Assembly (NCBI GenBank): GCA_038207085.1 | Contig: JBBRAE010000007.1 | Location: 64,655-128,654, forward strand | Length of the DNA stretch: 64,000 bases | Direction: 5' to 3' | Origin: Armatimonadota bacterium | GTDB taxonomy: Bacteria; Armatimonadota; UBA5829; DTLH01 | Part shown: one piece after another, positions 11,799 to 20,885 of the stretch | Position numbering within the stretch: position 1 is the first letter of the stretch | Layout: each line of letters starts with the position of its first letter | Made by a program: the position numbers and the translations under genes | Notes under the pieces: generated by a model | Databases searched by the model: none | What the model was told of the DNA's origin: nothing | Seen by the model: only the letters and a program-made list of their open reading frames with translations

Positions 11799-12947
11799 CT
11801 ACACCCGGTCGGAGTGGCAGCGCCCGCAGTAGTCCTTTTTATCGTGACACTTGAAACACGCAGAACCCGCGTCAAAGCTTGCGCCCTTGCCTTTGTGGCC
11901 CATCATCCAACCATCGGGATGCGGCAGGTCGACCCCGTGGCAGGCGACGCAACTCGCGCGCGAATGGCACATATTGCAGCTTGCTCTGTCGACCACCGCG
12001 GCGCTTCCGTGCTCGGCCCCCCACGTCTTGCCGTGCGACGCGGGTTTGCCGGTACCCCTGCTGTGACACTTGCTGCAGGATCTCTTGTCGTGGCAGGAGT
12101 AGCATCCGGCGTTCGGTTTCGCGCCGTGGGTTCTCATCCAATTTGCGCCGTGGTTTGTCGGTCTCATATTCTTGTGGCAGTTTAGACAGAAGAGCCTGGT
12201 ATGGCACTCTCTACAGCTCTTCTCGCTCGTCCTCGCCTGCGCGCCGTGATTCACGACCCATTTACTCTTGTGCGACGTGGGCCTTGTCCCTCTGTGGCAT
12301 GAGGCGCAGTAGTTAGGCGTGTGGCACCTCACACAAACTCCCCGGTTCTTCTTAGCGACCGATGGATGTCTGCTCGGCCACGACTTGGGGTGCGGCATAA
12401 CCACTCCGTGGCAGGTCTGACACGTTCTGTCCGAGTGACACGCCCCGCAGGCGTTTTTCGGGTTCGAAGCCGATGGCCCATGACTCGTCTTCCACTTGCC
12501 TTTGTGACTCTGTGGAACAACTGTGCGGTGGCAGCTCATACAGAAGGGTTGTGCGTGACATGTCCGGCATGCCCGGGCCGCCGCAATCGCCGATCCCTTG
12601 TGGTTTCGTCCCCAGGCGGGAGATTTGTGCGACTCCGGCACCCGGTTCTGATGGCACCCGATGCAGAACTCTTCGGTGTGACACGTCCGGCACTTCTGGA
12701 GGTTCGAGATCGCTTCTTTCTGATGAACTTTGATAAAGTTCTGTGGGTGCATCTTATACAGAGCTTGACTGCTTGAGGGCTTCGCGGCAGGAGGACGACT
12801 CTTAGAAGAACTCGGCACACTCCAGGCTGTGACCGCCACCGCCAGCGCAATCACCACCGCCAGCCAGACGCGATGGGCCATATTTGCACTGTGAATTCCA
12901 GCACGGAGCGCGCCTATGATTTTGCGCCGAGTATGGCTTGGGTTCAA
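11799..12947 (-). CDS. Exported 16-heme cytochrome c built from 8 di-heme repeats
   Basis: 16 CxxCH motifs counted, arranged as CxxCH-x4/5-CxxCH pairs; hydrophobic N-terminal signal/anchor. Confidence 0.85.
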   Translation of the reverse strand: MNPSHTRRKIIGALRAGIHSANMAHRVWLAVVIALAVAVTAWSVPSSSKSRPPAAKPSSSQALYKMHPQNFIKVHQKEAISNLQKCRTCHTEEFCIGCHQNRVPESHKSPAWGRNHKGSAIAAARACRTCHAQPFCMSCHRTVVPQSHKGKWKTSHGPSASNPKNACGACHSDRTCQTCHGVVMPHPKSWPSRHPSVAKKNRGVCVRCHTPNYCASCHRGTRPTSHKSKWVVNHGAQARTSEKSCRECHTRLFCLNCHKNMRPTNHGANWMRTHGAKPNAGCYSCHDKRSCSKCHSRGTGKPASHGKTWGAEHGSAAVVDRASCNMCHSRASCVACHGVDLPHPDGWMMGHKGKGASFDAGSACFKCHDKKDYCGRCHSDRV

Positions 12948-12990
12948 ACGTCTTTCCTATTCTGCGGCTATGATGTGGCAGTTCTCAAAG

Positions 12991-13725
12991 TCAGGACTTA
13001 CTTGCCGGGGTCGTATCCTCAACCTGTTTCTGGGACTCGGCTTGGATAAGCCGCTCATACTCAAGCGGGTGATGGGCCTTCAATTCTTCTTCGGATATCT
13101 GTCCGTCTATCCAGACGCGGCTCATCGGGAAGCACTGCGGGTTCAGGTGAACGTGATAGCAGTGCCAGATGATGATCGCAAGAAACGCGAGGAGCGCTTC
13201 GTAACTGTGGACGACCTGCGCGACGTCGAGCACCCACTTTGGCAGCACAATCATCGCCTGGCCCTCAAACCACAGCACAAACCCGGTCACGATCATCACA
13301 ATCGAGCCCCACCCCATCGCCAGATACTCGAACTTCTCGATCCAGGTGTATCTGTCATACTTCGGCCCGGTGCGAGACAGCCCGAGGAAGAGCTTCATTT
13401 GACCGATCAGGTCGAACGCATCCTTGGGCTTCGGTACCATTGCCAAAAGCTCCTGACGCCCGCGCTTGGTGATAATCGACCAGCCGGCGTGGTAGATGCA
13501 GACGCCGATCAGCATCATCGCCGCGATCCTGTGGATCAGCCCGCGCACGGCCATCCCGCCCATCGATTTGACGATCAACTCCGACGCCGCCGCGTCGTGG
13601 TATCTAAGCGGAAGTCCAGTGACGACAAGCACGGTAAAGCTCGTCATCAGAACGATATGCTGCATCCGTTGGGAGCGCGTCAGTCTCTCAAAATAGCGCT
13701 GACCAGTCTTCTTTTGGCTGCCCAT
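12991..13725 (-). CDS. Membrane di-heme cytochrome b (FdnI/HyaC/CbcL-like b domain)
   Basis: RMQH...LVVTGLP, IHRIAA, YTWIEKFEY, VHSYEA...WHCYHVH; AGGAGA RBS before ATG 13725. Confidence 0.85.
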   Translation of the reverse strand: MGSQKKTGQRYFERLTRSQRMQHIVLMTSFTVLVVTGLPLRYHDAAASELIVKSMGGMAVRGLIHRIAAMMLIGVCIYHAGWSIITKRGRQELLAMVPKPKDAFDLIGQMKLFLGLSRTGPKYDRYTWIEKFEYLAMGWGSIVMIVTGFVLWFEGQAMIVLPKWVLDVAQVVHSYEALLAFLAIIIWHCYHVHLNPQCFPMSRVWIDGQISEEELKAHHPLEYERLIQAESQKQVEDTTPASKS

Positions 13726-13736
13726 GTGATATTCTC

Positions 13737-14987
13737 CTAGCCGTGCCCGCCGCGGTGTCGATACCTGTGGAGCAGGTCGAGCCCGATGTAACCGACGAAG
13801 CTCGCGATCATCCCGAACACAAAGAACCCGTATATCATCTTGACGAAATATATGAGCCTGTCGGTCTTCGTAGTTGGGACTACGTGGATATCGCCGCGCG
13901 CGAAGTTCAAGCCCGCTCCCGGGTGGCACTTGCCGCAGGTCTTCGGGAGGTTCTTCTTGTTCACGGCTGAGTGCGGGTTAGTCGAAGGCAAAATGTCGTG
14001 TGCCCCGTGGCATGTCGCGCAGTTTGCTACAGTCGTCTCGCCGTATTTGTTCGCAACCCCATGAAACGTGCCAACATACGATGTAAGCCTATCCGCCGCC
14101 AGCCCATATTTCTTCTGCAGTTGAACGTCCTCGTGGCACTTGGAGCATGTGCGAACGACGTGTGTAGAGCAAACGCTCGAATCGCGGGATCCGACCCTCT
14201 GTATCGAGTGCTCACCGTGGCAGTCCGTGCACACCGGCGCGTCTTTCACGCCCTTCCCCAGCGCCGTCCCGTGAACGCTCGAACTATACTGTTCCAGCTC
14301 CTTCGGGTGGCACATCCCGCACGTGTCGGGGACATTCCTGCGATTGGTCGAGGCCGCCAAGTCTTTCGCATCTCTTATATCGTGAGACCCGTGGCAATCT
14401 GTGCAGACTGCGGCCGAAAGCATCCCTTTTTCCTTCACAAGCCTGCCGTGGACACTGTGTTCGTAAAGATCTACCACTTGGCTCGATGACATATTGTGAC
14501 TTTTGGCGATCCGGGAGTCACTGTGGCACTTGCCGCATGTCGCCAACAGGTTCGCCCTGTTGGTTTGGGACGACGGGTCGCTCGACGCGCGCACATTGTG
14601 GTAGCCGTGGCAGTCCTTGCACGCCGGGGCGGCGGCGTCACCCTTGGCCGCAGCCTTGCCGTGAATGCTCGCGCCGTAGGCTGTCGCACCGTCGCTGTGG
14701 CATCGACCACACTGCACAGGCTCGACATCTGTCTTGTGGGGATAGGGCTGGTTGGTAAGATCCGTGTGGCAGTCAAGGCAGGAAAGCCCCGAGTGGACCG
14801 AAGCGTTATAGTGTGATGCGTCGACGGTAAGCGACAGCTCTTTTCCGTCCGGCCCCGTAGTCAAAAACCCTTTTGCGCTGTGGCACGTGAGGCATTCGGC
14901 AGTCGAGCTACCGTAGGCGCATGCACTGCCGATCAGCAGACAAAAAAGACAGTATACGACCATCCAAATCTTAACTTCGTGAAACAT
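13737..14987 (-). CDS. 11-heme cytochrome c with signal peptide and C-terminal TM anchor
   Basis: 11 CxxCH motifs counted; recurring SVHG motifs; C-terminal hydrophobic helix. Confidence 0.88.
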   Translation of the reverse strand: MFHEVKIWMVVYCLFCLLIGSACAYGSSTAECLTCHSAKGFLTTGPDGKELSLTVDASHYNASVHSGLSCLDCHTDLTNQPYPHKTDVEPVQCGRCHSDGATAYGASIHGKAAAKGDAAAPACKDCHGYHNVRASSDPSSQTNRANLLATCGKCHSDSRIAKSHNMSSSQVVDLYEHSVHGRLVKEKGMLSAAVCTDCHGSHDIRDAKDLAASTNRRNVPDTCGMCHPKELEQYSSSVHGTALGKGVKDAPVCTDCHGEHSIQRVGSRDSSVCSTHVVRTCSKCHEDVQLQKKYGLAADRLTSYVGTFHGVANKYGETTVANCATCHGAHDILPSTNPHSAVNKKNLPKTCGKCHPGAGLNFARGDIHVVPTTKTDRLIYFVKMIYGFFVFGMIASFVGYIGLDLLHRYRHRGGHG

Positions 14988-15182
14988 AGCGCGATCCAAT
15001 GTCCAAGTTTGCCCGCTTTTTCGTTACAAAGCACTACGGGACACGTCAGAACCCGGTGTAATTACAAGCTCTTCTACAGTCACTATAACGCGCCATTACC
15101 ACACATGTCAAGAGTTATTAAGCTTCCGAGCAGGTGTAAGGTCGCGTTTGCGCACGCGTGGCTTTTCCGCTAACATGTAGCT

Positions 15183-16865
15183 ATGTCAAGAAGTCTGATC
15201 GAAAAAGCCCAGAAGCTCCTCACCAGAGAAACAGGCGCCATCATCAAGCCGCACGGTGGCCGAATCCGGTTTGCCCTGGCCTTTCCGGGCACGTACCGCG
15301 TCGGAATGTCGTCGCTTGGGCTCCAGATCATCTACGGGATACTAAACGGCCTCCAAGGCGTGGTCTGCGAGCGCGCGTTTCTCCCTGATGCGCAGGACTC
15401 CAAGGAACTTGAACGTTCCCGCACCAGGCTCTTCAGCGTAGAGTCACAGACCCCGCTCGATGATTTTGACGTGATCGCCTTCTCTGTATCTTTCGAGCTC
15501 GATTACACAAACATCGTTCGCATTCTCGACCTTGCCGGAATCCCCGCATTGTCGTCAGAGCGCGACCAGAGCTACCCACTGATCATCGCGGGCGGCCCCT
15601 GTCCGACGTTTAACCCCGAACCGCTCGCCGATATAATCGACGCGTTCGCAATCGGTGACGGCGAGGAGATAGCGACAGACATAGCCCGGGCAATAGAGGA
15701 CTCGACCGGTGAAGACCGGGAAGCTCTCCTCGCTCGACTCGCCGCGATCCCCGGCGTCTACGTCCCCAGGTTCTACACCCCGATCTACGCCGAAGACGGC
15801 ACTATCACAGGCGTTACCGTAACCCCTCCCGCCCCAGAGAGAGTTACCCGCCGCATCACCCGTGACCTCGACAGCCAGCCGAACCGCACTGTCGTTCTTT
15901 CGCCGGATGCGGAGTTCTCCGACATGACGCTTGTTGAGGCGATGCGCGGCTGTATGCGCCAGTGCAGGTTCTGTGCGGCGGGCTATATCGGCCTTCCTCC
16001 GCGCCCAAGAAAGATTTCAGACCTTCCCCATGACGCCCGCGTCGGACTTGTCGGCTCCGCGGTCTTCGATCACCCCGAAGCGCTCGCAATTTGCCAGGGA
16101 TTATCCGACGATGACCGGGAGTTCTCCGTTTCGTCGATCAGAATCGAGAGCCTATCAAGTGAGCTTGCGGCTATGATGATCCGAGCGGGCCAGCGCACCT
16201 TCACCATCGCTCCCGAAGCCGGGACCGAGCGCCTGCGCCGCATCATCAACAAGTCTACAACCGACGACGAAGTGCTCGAAGCCGCACGCATCGCAATCGA
16301 TGCCGGAGCCGCCCGACTCAAGCTCTACTTTATGGTAGGACTCCCCGGCGAGCTCGACGAAGACATCGAGGCCATCCCCGCGCTCGCCCGATCCATCGCC
16401 AGCCGTCACCCCGGAGTGCGCATTCTGCTTTCAGTGAGCTGCTACGTCCCCAAGCCCGCCACCCCGTTCCAGTGGTGCGGAATGGCCGACACCAAGGCGC
16501 TTTCAGCCAAGCTCGCGCGGGTAAAGAAGCTGCTGTCGGGTGAAAGAAAGATCGAGTTTTCAAGCGAAAGCGCGCGAGAAGCCCACATCCAGGGATGGCT
16601 CGCCCGTGGCGACCGCAGGCTGGGCGAAGTGATAGTAAAAGCCGCGCGCGGGGAGAGTTCCTACGCCCGCGCCGCCCAAGAGCTAGACATCGACACCTCG
16701 TTTTTCGCAAACCGGACCCGCAGGGAAGACGAAACCCTCCCCTGGGACCACATCGACCTTGGAGTGAACCGCGAGTATCTTCGCAAGGAGTTCACCCGCG
16801 CCCTTGATGGTGCGCTGACCGTCCCGTGCCGGGTCGGGTCATGCGCCCGCTGCGGGGTCTGTTAG
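15183..16865 (+). CDS. B12-binding-like radical SAM protein
   Basis: RGCMRQCRFC (CxxxCxxC), APEAGTERLR, KLYFMVGLP, LPWDHI. Confidence 0.88.
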   Translation: MSRSLIEKAQKLLTRETGAIIKPHGGRIRFALAFPGTYRVGMSSLGLQIIYGILNGLQGVVCERAFLPDAQDSKELERSRTRLFSVESQTPLDDFDVIAFSVSFELDYTNIVRILDLAGIPALSSERDQSYPLIIAGGPCPTFNPEPLADIIDAFAIGDGEEIATDIARAIEDSTGEDREALLARLAAIPGVYVPRFYTPIYAEDGTITGVTVTPPAPERVTRRITRDLDSQPNRTVVLSPDAEFSDMTLVEAMRGCMRQCRFCAAGYIGLPPRPRKISDLPHDARVGLVGSAVFDHPEALAICQGLSDDDREFSVSSIRIESLSSELAAMMIRAGQRTFTIAPEAGTERLRRIINKSTTDDEVLEAARIAIDAGAARLKLYFMVGLPGELDEDIEAIPALARSIASRHPGVRILLSVSCYVPKPATPFQWCGMADTKALSAKLARVKKLLSGERKIEFSSESAREAHIQGWLARGDRRLGEVIVKAARGESSYARAAQELDIDTSFFANRTRREDETLPWDHIDLGVNREYLRKEFTRALDGALTVPCRVGSCARCGVC

Positions 16866-16877
16866 AAAGGCTTTGGG

Positions 16878-17705
16878 ATGGATCTAAAAAGCTGGTATAA
16901 GCTCAAAACCGGCAATACGACGATCTTAAAGGCGTGGAACCTCGAACGCGCGGGCCTCGTTGCCCACTGCTTCAGCACTCGCGTCGGAGGGTCGAGCGAG
17001 AGCCCGTTTGACACGATGAACCTCGGACTGCACGTCGGCGACGATCCCGCCACGGTAGTCGAGAACCGCTGCCGGCTCGTCCAGGCCGCAAAGCTTGACC
17101 CTTTGGGTATCACTACTGCAGAGCAGGTGCACGGATGCAGTGTGGCGATCATCAGCGCTGCCGACGCCGGTCGAGGCGCAGCCGCCTGCGCCGAATCGAT
17201 CCCCGCCGTCGACGCGCTGATCACAAACGTTCCCGGCCCCGTCCTTACACTCTTCTTCGCCGACTGCGTCCCGGTCTACCTGCTCGACCCGGTCCACCGA
17301 GCAATCGGGCTCGCTCACGCAGGCTGGAAAGGCACCGCTCTCAAAGTCGCGGCAGAGACACTTCAAGCGATGACCAATCACTTCGGCACAAGCCCCACGG
17401 ACTGCCTCGCCGCCATCGGCCCCGCAATAGGCAGGTGCTGCTACGACGTTTCCGCAGACGTAGCCATAAGAGTGCGAGAAGCATCCGGTGACGACCGCGT
17501 GATCGCCCGGGCCAACCAGGACACCTGGAGGCTCGACCTCAAACTGGCGAACTGGGCGACGCTTCGGGCATCGGGAATCCCCGAAGAGAATATCGCCGTA
17601 TCCCACCACTGCACCGCCTGCCACCCCCACGAGTTCTTCAGCTACCGACGCGACGGCAAAACAGGCAGAATGGCCGCCGTACTCAGCCTCCTGCCTATTC
17701 GTTAG
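16878..17705 (+). CDS. pgeF: PgeF/YfiH family purine nucleoside phosphorylase-like protein
   Basis: STRVGG, QVHG, ADCVP, HAGWKG, FFSYRR. Confidence 0.93.
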   Translation: MDLKSWYKLKTGNTTILKAWNLERAGLVAHCFSTRVGGSSESPFDTMNLGLHVGDDPATVVENRCRLVQAAKLDPLGITTAEQVHGCSVAIISAADAGRGAAACAESIPAVDALITNVPGPVLTLFFADCVPVYLLDPVHRAIGLAHAGWKGTALKVAAETLQAMTNHFGTSPTDCLAAIGPAIGRCCYDVSADVAIRVREASGDDRVIARANQDTWRLDLKLANWATLRASGIPEENIAVSHHCTACHPHEFFSYRRDGKTGRMAAVLSLLPIR

Positions 17706-17801
17706 CGTGCCGTGTGTTGGCAAGCGTTTATACGGGTAAGATAACCTCAGACGAGAGTATGAGAACTCTCTATATGCGACATTCACTGGGAGGTGACAGA
17801 A

Positions 17802-18086
17802 GTGAGTATATTAGCTTGGCTTATAGTGGGGCTTATAGCAGGTTTCCTTGCGCGGCTGGCGTTGCCCGGAAATGAACCTGGGCCTGGTGGGCTCTTAGGA
17901 GACCTGATTGCAGGTATAGTTGGTGCACTTGTGGGCGGCTGGATATTTAGATCGCTCGGCATCGGCAACGTGACAGGAGTAAACATAGGAAGCATCATCG
18001 TTGCCTTCATCGGTGCGGTGATTTTCCTTCTGGTATGGCGAGCCATAGCATCAAGAAGCGGAGGCTACGGCGCACGACCAATCTAA
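17802..18086 (+). CDS. GlsB/YeaQ/YmgE family small membrane protein
   Basis: WLIVGLIAGFLA...GIVGALVGG...AFIGAVIFL; GGAGG RBS before GTG 17802. Confidence 0.9.
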   Translation: MSILAWLIVGLIAGFLARLALPGNEPGPGGLLGDLIAGIVGALVGGWIFRSLGIGNVTGVNIGSIIVAFIGAVIFLLVWRAIASRSGGYGARPI

Positions 18087-18100
18087 CTATTTTAACGATC

Positions 18101-18133
18101 GGTACCGTGGCCGAATATATCGGCCACGGTACC
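18101..18133 (+). terminator. Strong hairpin after the glsB-like gene (probable terminator)
   Basis: GGTACCGTGGCCGA-ATATA-TCGGCCACGGTACC, perfect 14-bp stem; weak U tract. Confidence 0.55.
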
Positions 18134-18205
18134 CCCATTTCAAAACCAGTATTCACCCCAGCTAATAGAAACCACCTCATGCGGCATAATGATAATGTAA
18201 GACAC

Positions 18206-18300
18206 ACTACAACGAAAAATGGCAAACCCGCCGAAAGACGGGGACGCAAAGCCAACGGGCCTACGGGAGATTCCTATGGTTGCCAGGCTGCCGAAAGTAG
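18206..18300 (+). ncRNA. Cyclic di-GMP-I (GEMM) riboswitch aptamer
   Basis: GGCAAACCCG-CCGAAAGA-CGGGGACGCAAAGCC...CCTAC..TATGG...GCTGCCGA: GAAA tetraloop, 11-nt receptor-like motif, conserved ACGCAAAGC junction. Confidence 0.92.
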
Positions 18301-18538
18301 ACACACGCTTCTTCTTCAGGCGTCACCCAGGTGTACACAGGACGGTTGAAGAAGGCGCGGATCTAGCGGCAGTCTGGCAATTGCTATTTCTGGAGGATTT
18401 TCTCAAGATATATGCCCAACCGGGCTCAATAACTTAAGATGCTTTACTAACCTCCGCTTCCATTCCCGCTTCCCGCTTCCCAACTCCCGTGGCCTGCAGG
18501 GCTTTGAATAGAGGTTCTGTAGGAAATATTCCCATCTT

Positions 18539-18568
18539 GGAGGGCGCTAGTCGCCCTCCTCTTTTTTT
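18539..18568 (+). terminator. Intrinsic terminator (+ strand), convergent with actE
   Basis: GGAGGGCG-CTAGT-CGCCCTCC-TCTTTTTTT. Confidence 0.85.
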
Positions 18569-18575
18569 GTACCGA

Positions 18576-19067
18576 TTACGGACGCGAAGCGCCAAACGTG
18601 CGCACGTACATCACAATCGGCCACCGATGCTCCCGAGGCACCGTCTGCACCATCACCGGCTCGTGCCCCACCCCATAGAGCATAGAGTAGTAGAGCTGCC
18701 CATCGCTCAGCCCCTTTACTGAGTCAGAGGCAAGATTGGAGGGCTTAGGCACGTAGCTCTCACCGACCGGACCGTTGCCGTCGCCTTTTGAACCGTGGCA
18801 CATCAGGCAGTAGTAGCCGTAGAATATTCGTCCGTTTTCGAGATTTTCAGGTGTTTGGGGCAGTGGGTTCGATGCAAGATTCGCCTGTTCGAGCGTAAAT
18901 GCGACGACTCTACCATTTGTCGGCACCGTGCCGCCGGGCAGGTCGGGCATCTCCCTCTCATAGGGTTTGATCGACGGCTGGTCGTTCATATGCGGCCCAC
19001 AGGACGCGCAGAAAAGTCCAACTACACAGCAGAGCGTAATTTTGACGATTATTCTAACGTGGAGCAT
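18576..19067 (-). CDS. actE: Alternative complex III monoheme lipoprotein ActE
   Basis: Lipobox-like FCASC, MNDQPSIKPYE, PGGTVP, single CLMCH. Confidence 0.8.
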   Translation of the reverse strand: MLHVRIIVKITLCCVVGLFCASCGPHMNDQPSIKPYEREMPDLPGGTVPTNGRVVAFTLEQANLASNPLPQTPENLENGRIFYGYYCLMCHGSKGDGNGPVGESYVPKPSNLASDSVKGLSDGQLYYSMLYGVGHEPVMVQTVPREHRWPIVMYVRTFGASRP

Positions 19068-19347
19068 TCGCGCCTCCGCCCCTGAGCTTGGGAAGCTCGA
19101 TCTGATTCGCCGAAACATCGGGGTCGACGGGCTCAATCGTCAGAATCGACTGCCCCGGCACAAACGGCACAGTGCCATACTGCCAGTCTCGCCTCGCCTG
19201 CCGGTCTCCGATCAGCACGATGATCAGCACTATCCAAAACACCGTAAACGCGACCGTCAGCGCAGGCGAAAGCCACCCACCCACCCAGGTAGAGGGCCGC
19301 GTCAGATCCCGAGCTGTATCGTGGGATTCAGGTGGTCTCATGCTCAA
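19054..19347 (-). CDS. Small single-TM protein in the ACIII/cbb3 operon
   Basis: Overlaps both neighbours; one hydrophobic helix. Confidence 0.6.
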   Translation of the reverse strand: MSMRPPESHDTARDLTRPSTWVGGWLSPALTVAFTVFWIVLIIVLIGDRQARRDWQYGTVPFVPGQSILTIEPVDPDVSANQIELPKLRGGGANAPR

Positions 19348-19616
19348 TATGTGATCCCTCCCAACCAGATATATATAACGTAAAGCACAAGCGAAAGCGC
19401 GATGAATATGTAGAACGTTGTCATCACCGCAGGCACGCCGGGAATGACCTCGTGCAGGTCTCCGGGCAGATCGATCTCCGCAAGCTCATCTTCCTCCCTG
19501 CGCGTGTGCATGAAATACAGGCCGATGATCCACCACAAAGCAATCGCAATCCCCGTGACAATCGCGACGACGGCTATAACGTTTACAAAGAGCGGGTTCA
19601 GTTCCATATCTTCCAC
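19344..19616 (-). CDS. Small two-TM protein in the ACIII/cbb3 operon
   Basis: Overlaps both neighbours; two hydrophobic helices around an acidic loop. Confidence 0.65.
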   Translation of the reverse strand: MEDMELNPLFVNVIAVVAIVTGIAIALWWIIGLYFMHTRREEDELAEIDLPGDLHEVIPGVPAVMTTFYIFIALSLVLYVIYIWLGGITY

Positions 19617-19876
19617 CCACCTCCGGCGGCGACTCGCAGCATCAGAAAGACGAGCACCGCAAGCACAACAAATAGAAACACACTCGTGTATCTGTCGAAA
19701 ACCCCGGGTCTCTGCCCTTCCCGATCATCATCCAGGGGTTTGGCTGCGTTAAGCGCGATATACCTCCCCCGGTCGAGGTTCGAGAACTGTCCCGCGCGCA
19801 CCGCCCACACGAACCCCGCCGAAAACACCGTCACTCCAAATATCGCGTATAGCACCCACACCTCAAGGAAGCCCAT
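19598..19876 (-). CDS. ccoS: cbb3 oxidase maturation protein, CcoS-like
   Basis: FVWAVRAGQFSNLD matches the CcoS/FixS W-x4-GQF-x2-D pattern; extra C-terminal TM. Confidence 0.7.
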   Translation of the reverse strand: MGFLEVWVLYAIFGVTVFSAGFVWAVRAGQFSNLDRGRYIALNAAKPLDDDREGQRPGVFDRYTSVFLFVVLAVLVFLMLRVAAGGGWKIWN

Positions 19877-20885
19877 TTACGCCCCCCTGGTTCGCACCGA
19901 CAGGCCCCGGAACAGGCTTCGGAGTCGTCGGTATATTATACATTCCCTCATAGGAAGGCGGAATCGCGGGCGACAGCAGAAGGTCGTCGCGATAGTTGAT
20001 AAAGTTCACCATTACGTAGTTCCCGACGTCCCAAATCTTGGCCGACTCAAGGTCTTTCTTAAAGTAAGGCATAGCCGAGCCAGTGACCCCGTTCATGATC
20101 TGATAGTAAAGTATCCCGCCGATGTATTTACCATCTATCAAATGGCGCTTGAGCGTAGTAAAGTTCACTGGCCGCGGCTCAAGATAGGGCCACGCCGGCC
20201 CCATACCGTCGCCGACCGGCCCGTGGCACCCCAGACAATACTCCTGATATATATTCTCGCCTCGCGACACCGAAGCCTCGCTTGCAATGGTCTGAGATTG
20301 CATAATTCGCCACCCCTGAGGGATGCGCGAATGCAGCCACTTTATATTCTCATCAAAGCCGCGACGATACGCCGCGAGCGCCTCTGTCTTCCACCTGTAT
20401 TGCTCCACCATCCGCTCGTCCGCCCACGTCCCACCAAGGCTCTGAACGTACGAGGTCATCGCCCTGATACCGGCATTGCCTTCATAGGCGAACCTCGGCA
20501 TAAGCGACCTTGGCCGGGTCAACCTCGGGTTGACGAAGTGCGCGTAGTGCCAATCGTCGGAACGTTCGCCTCCGTCCTGCGAAAGGTCCGGCCCGGTGCG
20601 CTCACTTCCAAGCAGATGCGGACGCTGATCGTAGTAGTCCCCTGTTTGGGCGATACGCTCCGCGCCGAGTCCCCAGTCCTGAGACCTCACGTACTGCGAA
20701 TGACAATAAGTGCAGCCGTTAGCGATATATAGCGCGCGTCCACGAAGCTCAAGCTTGGTTGAACGCCTCCAGATGTTCGATGGCCGGTCATTGATGGAAT
20801 ACATGGGCCAGAGCACGGTCATCACAGTCGCCGCAATGATCACGAGCATGCTCCCGATAATAATTATCGCATCACTCTTTCTCAC
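19863..20885 (-). CDS. ccoO: cbb3-type oxidase subunit II (CcoO) fused to a second cytochrome c domain
   Basis: GCTYCHSQYVR, GSERTGPDL, WHYAHFVNPR, SLMP; second heme motif CLGCH. Confidence 0.88.
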   Translation of the reverse strand: MRKSDAIIIIGSMLVIIAATVMTVLWPMYSINDRPSNIWRRSTKLELRGRALYIANGCTYCHSQYVRSQDWGLGAERIAQTGDYYDQRPHLLGSERTGPDLSQDGGERSDDWHYAHFVNPRLTRPRSLMPRFAYEGNAGIRAMTSYVQSLGGTWADERMVEQYRWKTEALAAYRRGFDENIKWLHSRIPQGWRIMQSQTIASEASVSRGENIYQEYCLGCHGPVGDGMGPAWPYLEPRPVNFTTLKRHLIDGKYIGGILYYQIMNGVTGSAMPYFKKDLESAKIWDVGNYVMVNFINYRDDLLLSPAIPPSYEGMYNIPTTPKPVPGPVGANQGGVNGLP

